A stretch of 64,000 bases of DNA from Patiriisocius sp. (GTDB lineage: Bacteria > Bacteroidota > Bacteroidia > Flavobacteriales > Flavobacteriaceae), in NCBI RefSeq assembly GCF_051252435.1, contig NZ_JBPOFW010000001.1, forward strand, positions 888,826-952,825, written 5' to 3'. The notes below the pieces were generated by a model, which did no database searches, was not told the DNA's origin, and worked only from the letters and a program-made list of their open reading frames with translations. Shown here one piece after another: positions 37,349-47,422 of the stretch. The translations under genes and the position numbers were made by a program. How positions within the stretch are numbered: position 1 is the first letter of the stretch; every line of letters begins with the position of its first letter.

Positions 37349-37774
37349 CTAACTATTTATCTGCGCTTGATAGCCAAGCGCGTATAATTTTAATTTTTTA
37401 ATCATGGATACAAGTCCGTTGGCTCGAGTGGGAGAGAGGTGTTCTTTTAATCCAATCTCATCAATAAAATCCATATTTGCGCTCAATATATCTTCTGGAG
37501 CTTGGTTATTAAAAACCCGGATCAAAATCGCAATAATTCCTTTAGTAATGATGGCGTCACTATCGGCTGTGAATTTTACTTTACCACCTTCGAGTCCTGC
37601 ATCCAGCCATACTTTTGACTGACAGCCTTTGATTATTTTATCTTCGGTTTTTTTTGATTCATCAATGAGCGGTAATGATTTTCCAAGGTCAATCATATAT
37701 TCATAACGCTGCATCCAATCGTCAAACATGGAAAACTCATCAATCAATTCTTCTTGTATTTCTTCAATCGTCAT
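37349..37774 (-). CDS. sufE: SufE-family sulfur acceptor protein
   Basis: 141 aa. IKGCQSKVWL is the conserved Cys motif. Confidence 0.85.
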   Translation of the reverse strand: MTIEEIQEELIDEFSMFDDWMQRYEYMIDLGKSLPLIDESKKTEDKIIKGCQSKVWLDAGLEGGKVKFTADSDAIITKGIIAILIRVFNNQAPEDILSANMDFIDEIGLKEHLSPTRANGLVSMIKKLKLYALGYQAQINS

Positions 37775-37790
37775 GTATTTCTTTTTTCAA

Positions 37791-38219
37791 CTATCCGTTT
37801 CGCTTTGCCTTAAGTAGTGCGCTACGGTCTGTTTTTGAATATAATGTTAATATTCCGTCTTCTATATTAAAAGAACCTGTTTCTTTTAAGGCTTTCATAA
37901 ATGCTCTTTCGACAACCATAACTGGTTCATCACAGTACATCTCTGTAGCCATAAGTTGTCCAACGCTAATAGCAAGAACATCGATGCTATAATTTCCTGA
38001 AAATTCATTGCATCCACTGTTTCCGGTAACCATTTTATCAAGGGCTGTAAATGCCAATGACATATCTTTATTTTCTAAAGGAGTGCCGGTAATTTGTGTT
38101 ACCGTATAATTGCCAGTCAATCTTACGGTTCCTGCGGTTTCAATAACTTTTTTAGTTTCATTGCATCCGGTCATAAGTACTGCGGAAATAAGTGCTGTTA
38201 CTAAAAGTATTTTTTTCAT
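37791..38219 (-). CDS. META-domain (HslJ-like) lipoprotein embedded in the suf operon
   Basis: 142 aa. Lipobox LMTGC and GNSGCNEFSGNY...ATEMYCDEP are META domain hallmarks. Confidence 0.65.
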   Translation of the reverse strand: MKKILLVTALISAVLMTGCNETKKVIETAGTVRLTGNYTVTQITGTPLENKDMSLAFTALDKMVTGNSGCNEFSGNYSIDVLAISVGQLMATEMYCDEPVMVVERAFMKALKETGSFNIEDGILTLYSKTDRSALLKAKRNG

Positions 38220-38325
38220 AATAGTGTTTGTTAATTCTGTTTAAAAATCTCCAGTTTGCTTTTACAAAGAGGTCAATAAAATTACGGTTAAAAAGGTATA
38301 ATTGTGTTAAAATTTCCTTAGAAAA

Positions 38326-39540
38326 CTATTGCAACATCATTTTTGCACGTTCAACGGCGCTTACTAATTTGTCAACTTCTTCCTTAGTATTGTAAAACGC
38401 AAACGATGCTCTCACCGTACCTGGAATTTTGAAAAAATCCATAATGGGCTGTGCACAATGGTGTCCCGTTCTTACTGCTATACCTAATTTGTCAACAATA
38501 GTACCAATATCGTACGGATGAATTCCCTCGATGTTAAATGAAATTACCGACGTCTTTTCAGAACCAGTTCCATAAATTTTCAGTCCTTCAATTGCTAATA
38601 ATTTTTGTGTCGCGTATTCTAAAAGATGCGCTTCATGTTTTTCTATGGAATCAAATCCAATTTTGTTTAGATAGTCGATGGCCGCTCCAAAAGCAATTCC
38701 ACCACAAATATTAGGGGTTCCCGCCTCGAATTTGTGGGGCAAGCCTGCGTAGGTAGTTTTTTCAAAAGAGACTTGGTCAATCATCTCCCCACCACCTTGA
38801 TACGGAGGTAGTTTTTCTAACCACTTCTCTTTTCCGTAGAGCATTCCAACCCCAGTTGGCCCGCACATTTTGTGGGCTGAAGTGACGTAAAAATCGCAAT
38901 CAAGCTCGGTGAGGTTTGGTTTAACATGAGAACATGATTGTGCTCCATCAATCAAAACAGCCGCATCATATTTATGTGCTTGATCAATTATATATTTAAT
39001 AGGATTGATAATCCCAAGTGCATTTGAAATATGATTTACAAAAACAAGTTTTGTTTTTTCTGAAAGCAAATTGTCATAAACATCCATTTTCAAAACACCG
39101 TTTTCATCTATTGGGATAACTATTAAAATAGCACCCGTACGTTCGCAAAGCATTTGCCAAGGCACAATATTACTGTGGTGCTCTAGTGCCGAAACGATAA
39201 TCTCATCGCCCTTTTCAAGCAACGATGAAAATCCGTTAGCCACTAAATTGATACCATGCGTTGTCCCCGAAGTCATTATCACTTCATGAGATTTATCAAT
39301 ACCGAAATGCTCTTGAATTTTTTTCCTCGCCGCCTCATAAGCATCTGTTGCTTCTTGAGAAAGTGTATGCACACCACGGTGTATGTTAGCATTATAATTA
39401 GAATAATAATCTACAATAACATCTATAACGTATTGCGGTTTTTGAGATGTGGCCGCATTGTCAAGATAGACCAAAGGATAACCATTGACCTCTCTTGATA
39501 GGATGGGGAATTGTTTTCTTATCTCGTTTACGTCAAACAT
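38326..39540 (-). CDS. sufS: Cysteine desulfurase, SufS subfamily
   Basis: 404 aa. YLDNAATSQKP, SAHKMCGPTGVG (PLP lysine) and RTGHHCAQP (active-site Cys). Confidence 0.95.
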   Translation of the reverse strand: MFDVNEIRKQFPILSREVNGYPLVYLDNAATSQKPQYVIDVIVDYYSNYNANIHRGVHTLSQEATDAYEAARKKIQEHFGIDKSHEVIMTSGTTHGINLVANGFSSLLEKGDEIIVSALEHHSNIVPWQMLCERTGAILIVIPIDENGVLKMDVYDNLLSEKTKLVFVNHISNALGIINPIKYIIDQAHKYDAAVLIDGAQSCSHVKPNLTELDCDFYVTSAHKMCGPTGVGMLYGKEKWLEKLPPYQGGGEMIDQVSFEKTTYAGLPHKFEAGTPNICGGIAFGAAIDYLNKIGFDSIEKHEAHLLEYATQKLLAIEGLKIYGTGSEKTSVISFNIEGIHPYDIGTIVDKLGIAVRTGHHCAQPIMDFFKIPGTVRASFAFYNTKEEVDKLVSAVERAKMMLQ

Positions 39541-39579
39541 AGTGTATTCCTAATTTTAATCTTTGATACTTTGAACATG

Positions 39580-39618
39580 AAAAAAAAGCCTTTCGGTTAC
39601 TACAGAAAGGCTTTTTTA
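39580..39618 (-). terminator. Terminator-like hairpin between sufD and sufS (possible intra-operon attenuation or mRNA-stabilising structure)
   Basis: A8-agcctttc-10nt-gaaaggct-T6, with U-runs on both strands. Confidence 0.55.
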
Positions 39619-39630
39619 AGATTTTAAGTG

Positions 39631-40944
39631 TTAGACTTGAAATCCTAAGCTTACCCCTATTTTTTTGGCGATGAGTTTATTTATTCTTGTTTTTAATTCT
39701 GGGATTTTCACAGTTTCTAGCACTGTGTTTGCAAAGGCGTACATAAGCAAAGCTCTTGCTTCTTTTTTGGCAATTCCGCGAGAGCGCAAGTAGAATAATG
39801 CATCTTCATCCAATTGCCCAATGGTACAACCATGCGAACAGCGAACATCATCAGCAAAGATTTCTAATTGTGGTTTTGCATTGATTGTGGCTTTGTCGCT
39901 AATCAATATGTTGTTGTTCTGCTGAAATGCATCCAATTTTTGAGCATCTTTTTCAACATATACTTTTCCGTTAAAAACTCCTGTCGAACTTTCGTCGAAA
40001 ATACCTTTGTAGTCTTGGTGGCTCTCACAGTTTTCAGCAATATGATGTACTAAAGTATTGTGGTCCACATGTTGCTTTCCTTCAATAATAGTTACACCAT
40101 TTAGAATTGAATCACATCCTTCTCCCAATTGTCTAAAATTAAGATTGTTTCTTGTGAGCTTTCCTCCAAAAGAAAACGTGTGCACGCTACAAATACTATC
40201 ACGCTCTTGAGAGACATACGTACTGTCAATCAATGATGCATTTTCTTTGTCGTTCTGTATTTTATAGTAATCTATATTAGCTCTTTTTTCAGCAAAAATT
40301 TCAGTAACACTATTGGTAAGTACTGCATTGTCACTCAAACTTTGATGACGTTCTATAATTTGAACATGTGCATTTTCCTCTACAACAATCAAATTACGTG
40401 GTTGTAATAAAGTCGCCGCTTCATTTCCTGTTGCGAAATTGATAATCTCAATAGGTTTTTGTGCTTCTTTATGTTTTGGGATTCTAATGTATGCTCCTTC
40501 TTTAGTGAATGCAGTATTCAATGAAGTCAAGCTCTCTTTTGTAGCTACTTTATTAAAATACGCCTCAATCATCGGTTTGTATTTTGCTTTGTTCAAAGCA
40601 GACGACATTAAACAAACATCAATAGTATCGTGCGTAGTTTCTGAAAGAAATGAACTATAAACGCCATCTATAAAAACAAGTTTGTATGTGTCAATTTCAT
40701 GTAAAAAATACTTTTTCACATCCTTGAGTTCGATAGCATTTTCTCCATCAGGGAAAACATTATAATCTACTTTTAGTAAAGCGTTAAGCGATGTATATTT
40801 CCATGCCTCATCTTTTTTGCTTGGGAAACCTTGGGTTTCAAAGCTCTTCATCGCAGCAGATCTTAAATCGTGCAACGGTGAGTCTGCTTCCAAATGATCT
40901 TCGAAAGCAATGTATGAGGATTGTAATTTTTCTTTTAAGCTCAT
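39631..40944 (-). CDS. sufD: Fe-S cluster assembly protein SufD
   Basis: 437 aa. Right-handed beta-helix-type sequence with QLEIFADDVRCSHGCTIGQLDEDALFYLRSRGI. Confidence 0.9.
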   Translation of the reverse strand: MSLKEKLQSSYIAFEDHLEADSPLHDLRSAAMKSFETQGFPSKKDEAWKYTSLNALLKVDYNVFPDGENAIELKDVKKYFLHEIDTYKLVFIDGVYSSFLSETTHDTIDVCLMSSALNKAKYKPMIEAYFNKVATKESLTSLNTAFTKEGAYIRIPKHKEAQKPIEIINFATGNEAATLLQPRNLIVVEENAHVQIIERHQSLSDNAVLTNSVTEIFAEKRANIDYYKIQNDKENASLIDSTYVSQERDSICSVHTFSFGGKLTRNNLNFRQLGEGCDSILNGVTIIEGKQHVDHNTLVHHIAENCESHQDYKGIFDESSTGVFNGKVYVEKDAQKLDAFQQNNNILISDKATINAKPQLEIFADDVRCSHGCTIGQLDEDALFYLRSRGIAKKEARALLMYAFANTVLETVKIPELKTRINKLIAKKIGVSLGFQV

Positions 40945-41025
40945 GTGTCAATTTATGAGTTTTAAGTTATGAAGTAATTAAAGGCGAAAATTTATTCGCT
41001 TTTAGGGTCTCAAAAAACTTAAAAC

Positions 41026-41778
41026 TTATTTTACTAATTCTTCTTTAATCCAGTCGTATCCTTTTTCTTCTAACTCATACGCTAGTTCTTTTGTGCCAGA
41101 TTTTACGATTTTTCCATCCATTAAAACGTGAACAAAATCTGGGACAATATGGTCGAGCAAACGCTGGTAATGCGTAATAACTATAACAGCATTGTCTTTG
41201 TTCTTCAATTTGTTTACACCATTGGCAACAACCTTTAATGCGTCAATGTCTAATCCAGAATCTGTTTCGTCAAGGATGGCGAGTTTAGGTTCTAGCATCG
41301 CCATTTGAAATATTTCGTTACGTTTTTTCTCACCTCCCGAAAAACCTTCGTTCAAGGAACGGGATAAAAATTTACGATCAATTTCTAATAAATCTGCTTT
41401 CTCACGAATCATCTTCAACATTTCACTCGCAGGCATATCTTTCAAACCTTTTGCTTTTCGGTTTTCGTTGATTGCTGTTTTAATGAAATTTGTTACTGAA
41501 ACCCCTGGGATTTCAATGGGGTATTGAAATGAAAGAAAAATACCTTTATGGGCTCTCTCCTCTGGGTCAAGCTCAGTAATATCTTCATTGTTAAGGGTAA
41601 TTTCGCCTTGCGTTAATTCAAACTCTTCTTTACCGGCAATAATAGACGCTAGTGTGCTTTTTCCAGAACCATTTGGTCCCATAATAGCATGTACTTCTCC
41701 TGCATTAACTTGAAGTGAAATACCTCTTAAAATATCTTTTTCCTCTACACGTGCGTGTACATTTTTTATCTGTAACAT
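41026..41778 (-). CDS. sufC: Fe-S cluster assembly ATPase SufC
   Basis: 250 aa. Walker A GPNGSGKST, signature FSGGEKKRNEI, Walker B ILDETDSGLD. Confidence 0.95.
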   Translation of the reverse strand: MLQIKNVHARVEEKDILRGISLQVNAGEVHAIMGPNGSGKSTLASIIAGKEEFELTQGEITLNNEDITELDPEERAHKGIFLSFQYPIEIPGVSVTNFIKTAINENRKAKGLKDMPASEMLKMIREKADLLEIDRKFLSRSLNEGFSGGEKKRNEIFQMAMLEPKLAILDETDSGLDIDALKVVANGVNKLKNKDNAVIVITHYQRLLDHIVPDFVHVLMDGKIVKSGTKELAYELEEKGYDWIKEELVK

Positions 41779-41779
41779 A

Positions 41780-42193
41780 TTATTTTGTCTGCTTTGCTTT
41801 CGCTTTTTTGTCTTCTATTTTTACATCTGCCTTCGCTGGGGTTTTACTCACTTGTACGATATCTATAATCGTTAAAATTTCATCCCAACCTTCTGTTCCT
41901 TCTGGTTTGTTTGCCAGTGTTCCAGTAACTACAACTGGTACCATATCATAATCATCTTTTTTTACGGGAGCGACTTTATCTGCTAACTCGTGCATTTTTT
42001 CATCGATTGCCACGCCATAAATAAAATCTTTACCTTTTAAAACCGCTGCATCTGCAGTATAAATAAACTCTCCTTTATAAACAGCAAGGTTTGAATTTGC
42101 AGTTGTTACTAGGTCTTCATTAACTTTGGTTTCGTTGTTTTTACATGATGCAATCGTTAATACAGCAATTGCAATGAATACTAACTTTTTCAT
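41780..42193 (-). CDS. Small lipoprotein of unknown function inserted between sufB and sufC
   Basis: 137 aa. Lipobox IASC, with a Lys/Ala-rich C-terminal tail. Its stop is 1 nt from the sufC start. Confidence 0.5.
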   Translation of the reverse strand: MKKLVFIAIAVLTIASCKNNETKVNEDLVTTANSNLAVYKGEFIYTADAAVLKGKDFIYGVAIDEKMHELADKVAPVKKDDYDMVPVVVTGTLANKPEGTEGWDEILTIIDIVQVSKTPAKADVKIEDKKAKAKQTK

Positions 42194-42228
42194 TTTTAAA
42201 AATAATGTTTAGGTTGTTTATTTATTGA

Positions 42229-43677
42229 TTATCCAACGGAGCCTTCTAGGCTTATTTCTAACAATTTTTGAGCCTCTACAGCAAATTCCATCGGGAGTTT
42301 ATTTAAAACCTCTTTGCTGAAACCATTTACAATTAACGCAATTGCTTTTTCGGTGTCAATTCCTCTTTGGTTACAGTAGAAAATTTGGTCTTCACCAATT
42401 TTACTTGTAGTTGCTTCATGCTCAACTTGAGCAGTTTTGTTTTTTGCTTCTATGTACGGAAATGTGTGCGCACCACAAGCATTGCCCATTAGTAGAGAAT
42501 CACATTGTGAAAAATTACGCGCATTATCTGCAGTTGAATTAATTTTCACCAAACCACGATAACTGTTTTGAGATTGTCCTGCTGAAATTCCCTTTGAAAT
42601 AATAGTGCTCTTGGTGTTTTTCCCAATATGAACCATTTTTGTCCCTGTATCTGCTTGCTGAAAGTTATTCGTTACAGCGATAGAATAAAATTCGCCTACA
42701 CTGTTGTCTCCTTTCAAAATACAGCTTGGATATTTCCATGTAACGGCGCTTCCAGTTTCAACTTGCGTCCAAGAAATTTTTGCGTTTTTCTCGCAAATTC
42801 CTCTTTTGGTCACAAAATTATAAACGCCACCTTTACCTTCTTTGTTTCCTGGATACCAGTTTTGAACTGTAGAGTATTTTATTTCGGCATCGTCTAAGGC
42901 AATTAATTCAACCACAGCTGCGTGTAATTGGTTTTCATCGCGGCTTGGTGCCGTACATCCTTCAAGATAACTTACATAACTTCCTTCATCTGCAATGACG
43001 AGTGTTCTTTCAAACTGTCCCGTTCCCGCTTGATTGATTCTAAAATACGTTGAAAGTTCCATTGGGCAACGAACGCCTTTAGGAATATAACAAAAAGACC
43101 CATCACTAAAAACCGCACTGTTTAATGCCGCGTAAAAATTATCTCTTTGTGGAACAACGGTACCTAAATATTTTTTAACAAGTTCAGGATGCTCTTTTAT
43201 GGCTTCAGAAATACTCATAAAAATAATCCCTTTTTCGGCCAAAGTCTTTTTAAATGTAGTTGCAACCGAAACAGAATCAACAACAATATCCATTGCTACG
43301 TTGTTCATTTTTTTCTGTTCATCTACTGAAATTCCTAGCTTTTTATACATCGCTAGCAATTCAGGATCTACATCGTCCAAAGTTTTGTTGGGATCCATTT
43401 TTGTTGGGGCAGAATAATATGCAATTGCTTGAAAATCTGGTTTTGCATAATTTACATTTGCCCAATCTGGTTCTTCCATTGATTGCCAATGACGAAAGGC
43501 TTCCAATCTCCAATCTGTCATCCATTGTGGCTCTTCTTTTTTTGCTGAGATAGCGCGCACAATATCCTCATTCAATCCAATAGGGAATGTTTCAGATTTA
43601 ATATCTGTATAAAATCCGTACTCGTATTCTTTCGTTTCGAGCTCTTTCTTTAAATCATCTTCAGTATACTTACTCAT
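42229..43677 (-). CDS. sufB: Fe-S cluster assembly scaffold SufB
   Basis: 482 aa. Highly conserved C-terminal half ([18 protein letters not shown]...[16 protein letters not shown]). Confidence 0.95.
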   Translation of the reverse strand: MSKYTEDDLKKELETKEYEYGFYTDIKSETFPIGLNEDIVRAISAKKEEPQWMTDWRLEAFRHWQSMEEPDWANVNYAKPDFQAIAYYSAPTKMDPNKTLDDVDPELLAMYKKLGISVDEQKKMNNVAMDIVVDSVSVATTFKKTLAEKGIIFMSISEAIKEHPELVKKYLGTVVPQRDNFYAALNSAVFSDGSFCYIPKGVRCPMELSTYFRINQAGTGQFERTLVIADEGSYVSYLEGCTAPSRDENQLHAAVVELIALDDAEIKYSTVQNWYPGNKEGKGGVYNFVTKRGICEKNAKISWTQVETGSAVTWKYPSCILKGDNSVGEFYSIAVTNNFQQADTGTKMVHIGKNTKSTIISKGISAGQSQNSYRGLVKINSTADNARNFSQCDSLLMGNACGAHTFPYIEAKNKTAQVEHEATTSKIGEDQIFYCNQRGIDTEKAIALIVNGFSKEVLNKLPMEFAVEAQKLLEISLEGSVG

Positions 43678-43696
43678 AGCTTTTTTTCAGGCATTA

Positions 43697-44026
43697 TTAA
43701 AGTGAAAAACTTTCACCGCAACCGCATGTGCGATTTGCATTTGGATTATTAAAAACAAATCCTTTTCCGTTAAGACCACCACTAAATTCTAGTGTTGTTC
43801 CTACGAGATATAAAAAACTCTTTTTGTCAACGGCAATTTTCACTTCGTTTTCTTCAAAAATTTTATCGTTTTCTCCCACAGTTCCATCAAAATTTAGCTC
43901 GTAAGATAATCCAGAACACCCTCCGCTTTTTACGCCTACGCGTACGTAGTCTTTGGCAATGCTGAAACCATCTTCGGCCATCAGTTGCGCAATCTTTGTT
44001 TTTGCAGTATCGCTTACTTTAATCAT
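43697..44026 (-). CDS. sufA: HesB/IscA-family Fe-S carrier (A-type carrier)
   Basis: 109 aa. GGCSG and C-terminal CGCGESF motifs. It is the first gene of the suf cluster. Confidence 0.85.
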   Translation of the reverse strand: MIKVSDTAKTKIAQLMAEDGFSIAKDYVRVGVKSGGCSGLSYELNFDGTVGENDKIFEENEVKIAVDKKSFLYLVGTTLEFSGGLNGKGFVFNNPNANRTCGCGESFSL

Positions 44027-44141
44027 ATATTTAGATTTATTCTAAATTAGATGGCAAAGATACGTTAAAAACGGCATTTTTTCAATAAGATGGGATAATT
44101 TAAAAAGATAGGTTAATAGGCTTTAATTATAGACATTATAG

Positions 44142-44154
44142 CACATTTCCGAAG
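44142..44154 (+). repeat. Intergenic copy of the iterated word CACATTTCCGAAG
   Basis: Read directly. Lies between the peroxidase stop (44192) and the sufA start (44026). Confidence 0.9.
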
Positions 44155-44191
44155 TAAAAAATGAAAAAAAAAATTGAATCAACGACGTTGG

Positions 44192-45262
44192 TTAATTTGG
44201 TCTTTGATAGTCGGGATTGTTTGCCAAAGACGGATCGGATAAGCTCAATAGAAAGGCTTTCAAATCTGCTTTATCCTCCTCGGTCAATTGAACACCACCT
44301 TGTGCCACTGTTTTCATAAGTGGGTCAATGGTTTCAGAAAAAACTAGTCCTTCACTGTAGTGGTTGATAACTTCATCTAAAGTTTCAAAACGCCCGTCGT
44401 GCATGTAAGGGGCGGTATAAGCAAGATTGCGTAAAGACGGTGATTTGAACCATCCAAATTGCGCGGGATCTCCTGTGACTAAGCCAAGACCTCGATCATT
44501 AAATACTTCGTCAAGACCGTTGTTATGAAAATCGTTGTCTGTCCACGTAGGGTTACTATCACTACCGTGGCAATGAAAGCAGTCTCCTCTGTTCTCATCT
44601 AAAAAAACTGCAAGTCCATTTGCTTCGGCTTCTGTTAATGTAGCTTCGCCTCTTAAATGTTTATCAAATTTTGAATTACCGGAAACAATGGTTCTTAAAA
44701 ACTGTGCAATTGCTTTGGTTACAAGCTCTTTTGAAATGTTAGATGTCCCAAATGCTTGCTCAAAAAGCAAAGGATAATCAGATTGAGCTTGTAATGTAGC
44801 TACAGCATTAGGCCACGTATTATGCATTTCAATCTCGTTGATGACAGGTTCGAGTATTTGTTCTTCTAATGAAGAAGCACTTCCATCCCAATTAAATTTT
44901 TTGTTTGTATTGTAAGCAAGATTAACAAGCGGCATTGAATTTCTAAATCCTGCAATACCATCAATCCCTACGCTAAATTGTCTCTGGTCTGAAAATCCTT
45001 GATTTGGCGCGTGACAACCTGCACATGCTAGCGTATTGTCTGCTGAGAGTTTTCTGTCGTAAAATAGTTTGCGCCCTAAAGAAACTCCTTCTACAGTTTG
45101 CGGATTATCCGCAGGAAAAATGGGGCTTGTTAAAAGCTGTTCAAAAATTGCTGGACCTTGAAAAGCAAGTGGGGTAGGGATGTATCCTTCTTGTTCGTCA
45201 TCTTCATTGCAGGATACAAACGTGATTGTAATTAAAACAAGAAGAATTCCCTTTTTAAACAT
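44192..45262 (-). CDS. Di-heme cytochrome c peroxidase family protein (MauG/MbnH-like)
   Basis: 356 aa with a lipoprotein-like signal (FVSC). Two CxxCH haem motifs (CAGCH, CFHCH) and PSLRNLAYTAPYMHDGRF. Confidence 0.85.
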   Translation of the reverse strand: MFKKGILLVLITITFVSCNEDDEQEGYIPTPLAFQGPAIFEQLLTSPIFPADNPQTVEGVSLGRKLFYDRKLSADNTLACAGCHAPNQGFSDQRQFSVGIDGIAGFRNSMPLVNLAYNTNKKFNWDGSASSLEEQILEPVINEIEMHNTWPNAVATLQAQSDYPLLFEQAFGTSNISKELVTKAIAQFLRTIVSGNSKFDKHLRGEATLTEAEANGLAVFLDENRGDCFHCHGSDSNPTWTDNDFHNNGLDEVFNDRGLGLVTGDPAQFGWFKSPSLRNLAYTAPYMHDGRFETLDEVINHYSEGLVFSETIDPLMKTVAQGGVQLTEEDKADLKAFLLSLSDPSLANNPDYQRPN

Positions 45263-45264
45263 AG

Positions 45265-46017
45265 TTATTCTATTGTAAAAACAGTTTGACCATTTGTTTC
45301 CATATCCAGTTGTGCTTGATAATTACCCATTAACATGCCATCGCGCTCATTCAAGTTCCATGGTTTGAACCATTCGGCGATATTCATTTTGATATCGACT
45401 GTGTCATTATCATTCGATATCACAATATTATTTGCAGAAAAAGGAATAGAAGTATCTTCTCTTGTTACATTTGGTGTCATAGCATCTTGTGCCGCACTAA
45501 TTGTATGATACGCATATCCAGTAGTGACTCCTATGTCATTGATGTATTGTCCTTCCAGCTGCATGTAGTGATATCCTCCACCCATTGGCTCAGGAACATT
45601 CCAAGACGCGGCATTCAAATCATTATAAGCATTTGTAGTGTTTTTTTCCTCAGTAAAACCAAATCTTGCAGATACTGTATAAGTTCCAGCAGGTAAAGAT
45701 ATGTTCTCAATACTAGCTCCCATTCCTGCACCGACATCCACAAAATTATATTCATCTACGATTGTCGAAACTCCATCTGCATTCGTAAACGTAATATCAG
45801 TAATTAAATAGCGCATCCTTGAAAAACTAATCATTTCGCCATGCTCAACAGTATAGTCTAGAGAATTAAAGTCAGCACTTGTAACTTCTGTACCGTCAAA
45901 GTTTTGACTAAAGTTAATGTCAATTGCTACGTTTGGTGTCACTGTTTCGTTATCATCGTCCTTATCACACGCCATCAGAGCAACGGCTGCGAATAGCGTT
46001 ATTGCAATTTTTTTCAT
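45265..46017 (-). CDS. MbnP-like lipoprotein (putative partner of the di-heme peroxidase)
   Basis: 250 aa with lipobox LMAC. FSRMRYLITDITF and WNVPEPMGGGYHYMQLEG resemble MbnP-family motifs as I recall them. A 2-nt gap to the peroxidase gene suggests translational coupling. Confidence 0.5.
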   Translation of the reverse strand: MKKIAITLFAAVALMACDKDDDNETVTPNVAIDINFSQNFDGTEVTSADFNSLDYTVEHGEMISFSRMRYLITDITFTNADGVSTIVDEYNFVDVGAGMGASIENISLPAGTYTVSARFGFTEEKNTTNAYNDLNAASWNVPEPMGGGYHYMQLEGQYINDIGVTTGYAYHTISAAQDAMTPNVTREDTSIPFSANNIVISNDNDTVDIKMNIAEWFKPWNLNERDGMLMGNYQAQLDMETNGQTVFTIE

Positions 46018-46042
46018 AATATTTTTTAAATTTAAGTGGGGA

Positions 46043-47410
46043 TTATTTAATCTTAATGATTAACGCATCTTTTATTCCTTTATTTTCTGAAATATCAGCG
46101 TCATTACTTTCTGTGTTTCCAACGAAAATAATTTCGTTGTTTTGGGTTTGAATAGCACCTTCTGCAAAATCTAGACTTGTGCCACCTATTGTTTTCTGAA
46201 ATTGAATAGCTCCACTTTCATCGATAACAAAAACCCAAGCATCATTTTGACCCGCTCCACCCGTAACATCACCGCTAGAACTTCTTGTATTGCCAGAAAT
46301 AATATAAGTACCATTCTGTCCTTTGGTAACTGATCTAGCAGAATCAAACTCAGGTCCTCCGTAGGTTTTTTGCCAAATAATATTTCCGTTATCATCAAAT
46401 TTGATAACCCAAGCATCTGCATTACCTTTAGGATTTGTAACATCAAAATCAGAACTTCTAGTGTCTCCAACCATCATATAATTTCCATCGGTGGTCATAG
46501 TCAAGGCATATCCATTATCTATTTCACTTCCGCCAAATGATTTCGCCCATACGATATCACCTGTTGGTGTTAAGCGTACTGCCCAAAAATCGTAAGAACC
46601 TTTTCCGTCAGTAATGTCAAAATCATTACTTTCTGATGAGCCTACCATTAAAATCCCGCCATCGGCAGTTTCTAATGCATCATAGCTACGGTCATTGTTT
46701 GATCCTCCAAAATATCTTCTCCACAAAGTGGTGCCAGTATTATCTAACAAAATACCCCAAAACTCACCAACTCCGTGCAAGGCTCCTCTATTGCTGCCAT
46801 TTCCGTCATTACCTTGTTGATTGCTCGCTGTTACGTCTAGAAAGCCCGTTACAAAATAGTTTCCAGTTGAGGTCTCTATAATTTTAAAAGCTTGATCACT
46901 CCCTGGAAATCCAAAACTTTTTTGCCATTGCAAATCGCCTAAACTGTTTAATTTGACTATCCAATAGTCATGAAACCCTTGATTTTGAGTTACATCGCCA
47001 TCATTGCTACGCGTGTAACCACTAACGATATATCCTCCGTCGCTAGTTTTGGATATTGCCGTCGCTGTATCATCTGCGGATCCACCATAGATTTTTGTAT
47101 AGTCTATGGTTCCATCTGCGTTTAATTTCAGCAGCCAATAATCTCTATCGGTTGTTGTTTTTCCAGTAACATCTCCATCGTTGCTTTCTGTATTCCCTAT
47201 TATCATATAGCCTCCGTCAGAGGTTGAAAGTAAATCAACTGCGGTGTCAATGCCAGACCCACCATAGGTTTTAATGTATTCTACCTCACCTAAAAAAGAA
47301 CTTGGTTCGGGTTCAGGATTCATAGGTTCACTCTCATCATTTTTTTCACAGCTTATAAAAACTGTTAAGCCGATGAGTGCAAGAATTCTTAAGTATGTGG
47401 GGATGTTCAA
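46043..47410 (-). CDS. Lipoprotein built from ~7-8 tandem ~55-aa repeats (probable beta-propeller)
   Basis: 455 aa with lipobox FISC. The repeating unit is YGGSxxDxAxxxxxTSDGGYxxxGxTxSNDGDVTxxxGxxDxWxxKLxxxGxxxWxK. TTG start at 47410, with no ATG available. Confidence 0.6.
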   Translation of the reverse strand: MNIPTYLRILALIGLTVFISCEKNDESEPMNPEPEPSSFLGEVEYIKTYGGSGIDTAVDLLSTSDGGYMIIGNTESNDGDVTGKTTTDRDYWLLKLNADGTIDYTKIYGGSADDTATAISKTSDGGYIVSGYTRSNDGDVTQNQGFHDYWIVKLNSLGDLQWQKSFGFPGSDQAFKIIETSTGNYFVTGFLDVTASNQQGNDGNGSNRGALHGVGEFWGILLDNTGTTLWRRYFGGSNNDRSYDALETADGGILMVGSSESNDFDITDGKGSYDFWAVRLTPTGDIVWAKSFGGSEIDNGYALTMTTDGNYMMVGDTRSSDFDVTNPKGNADAWVIKFDDNGNIIWQKTYGGPEFDSARSVTKGQNGTYIISGNTRSSSGDVTGGAGQNDAWVFVIDESGAIQFQKTIGGTSLDFAEGAIQTQNNEIIFVGNTESNDADISENKGIKDALIIKIK

Positions 47411-47422
47411 AATATTTAATTT

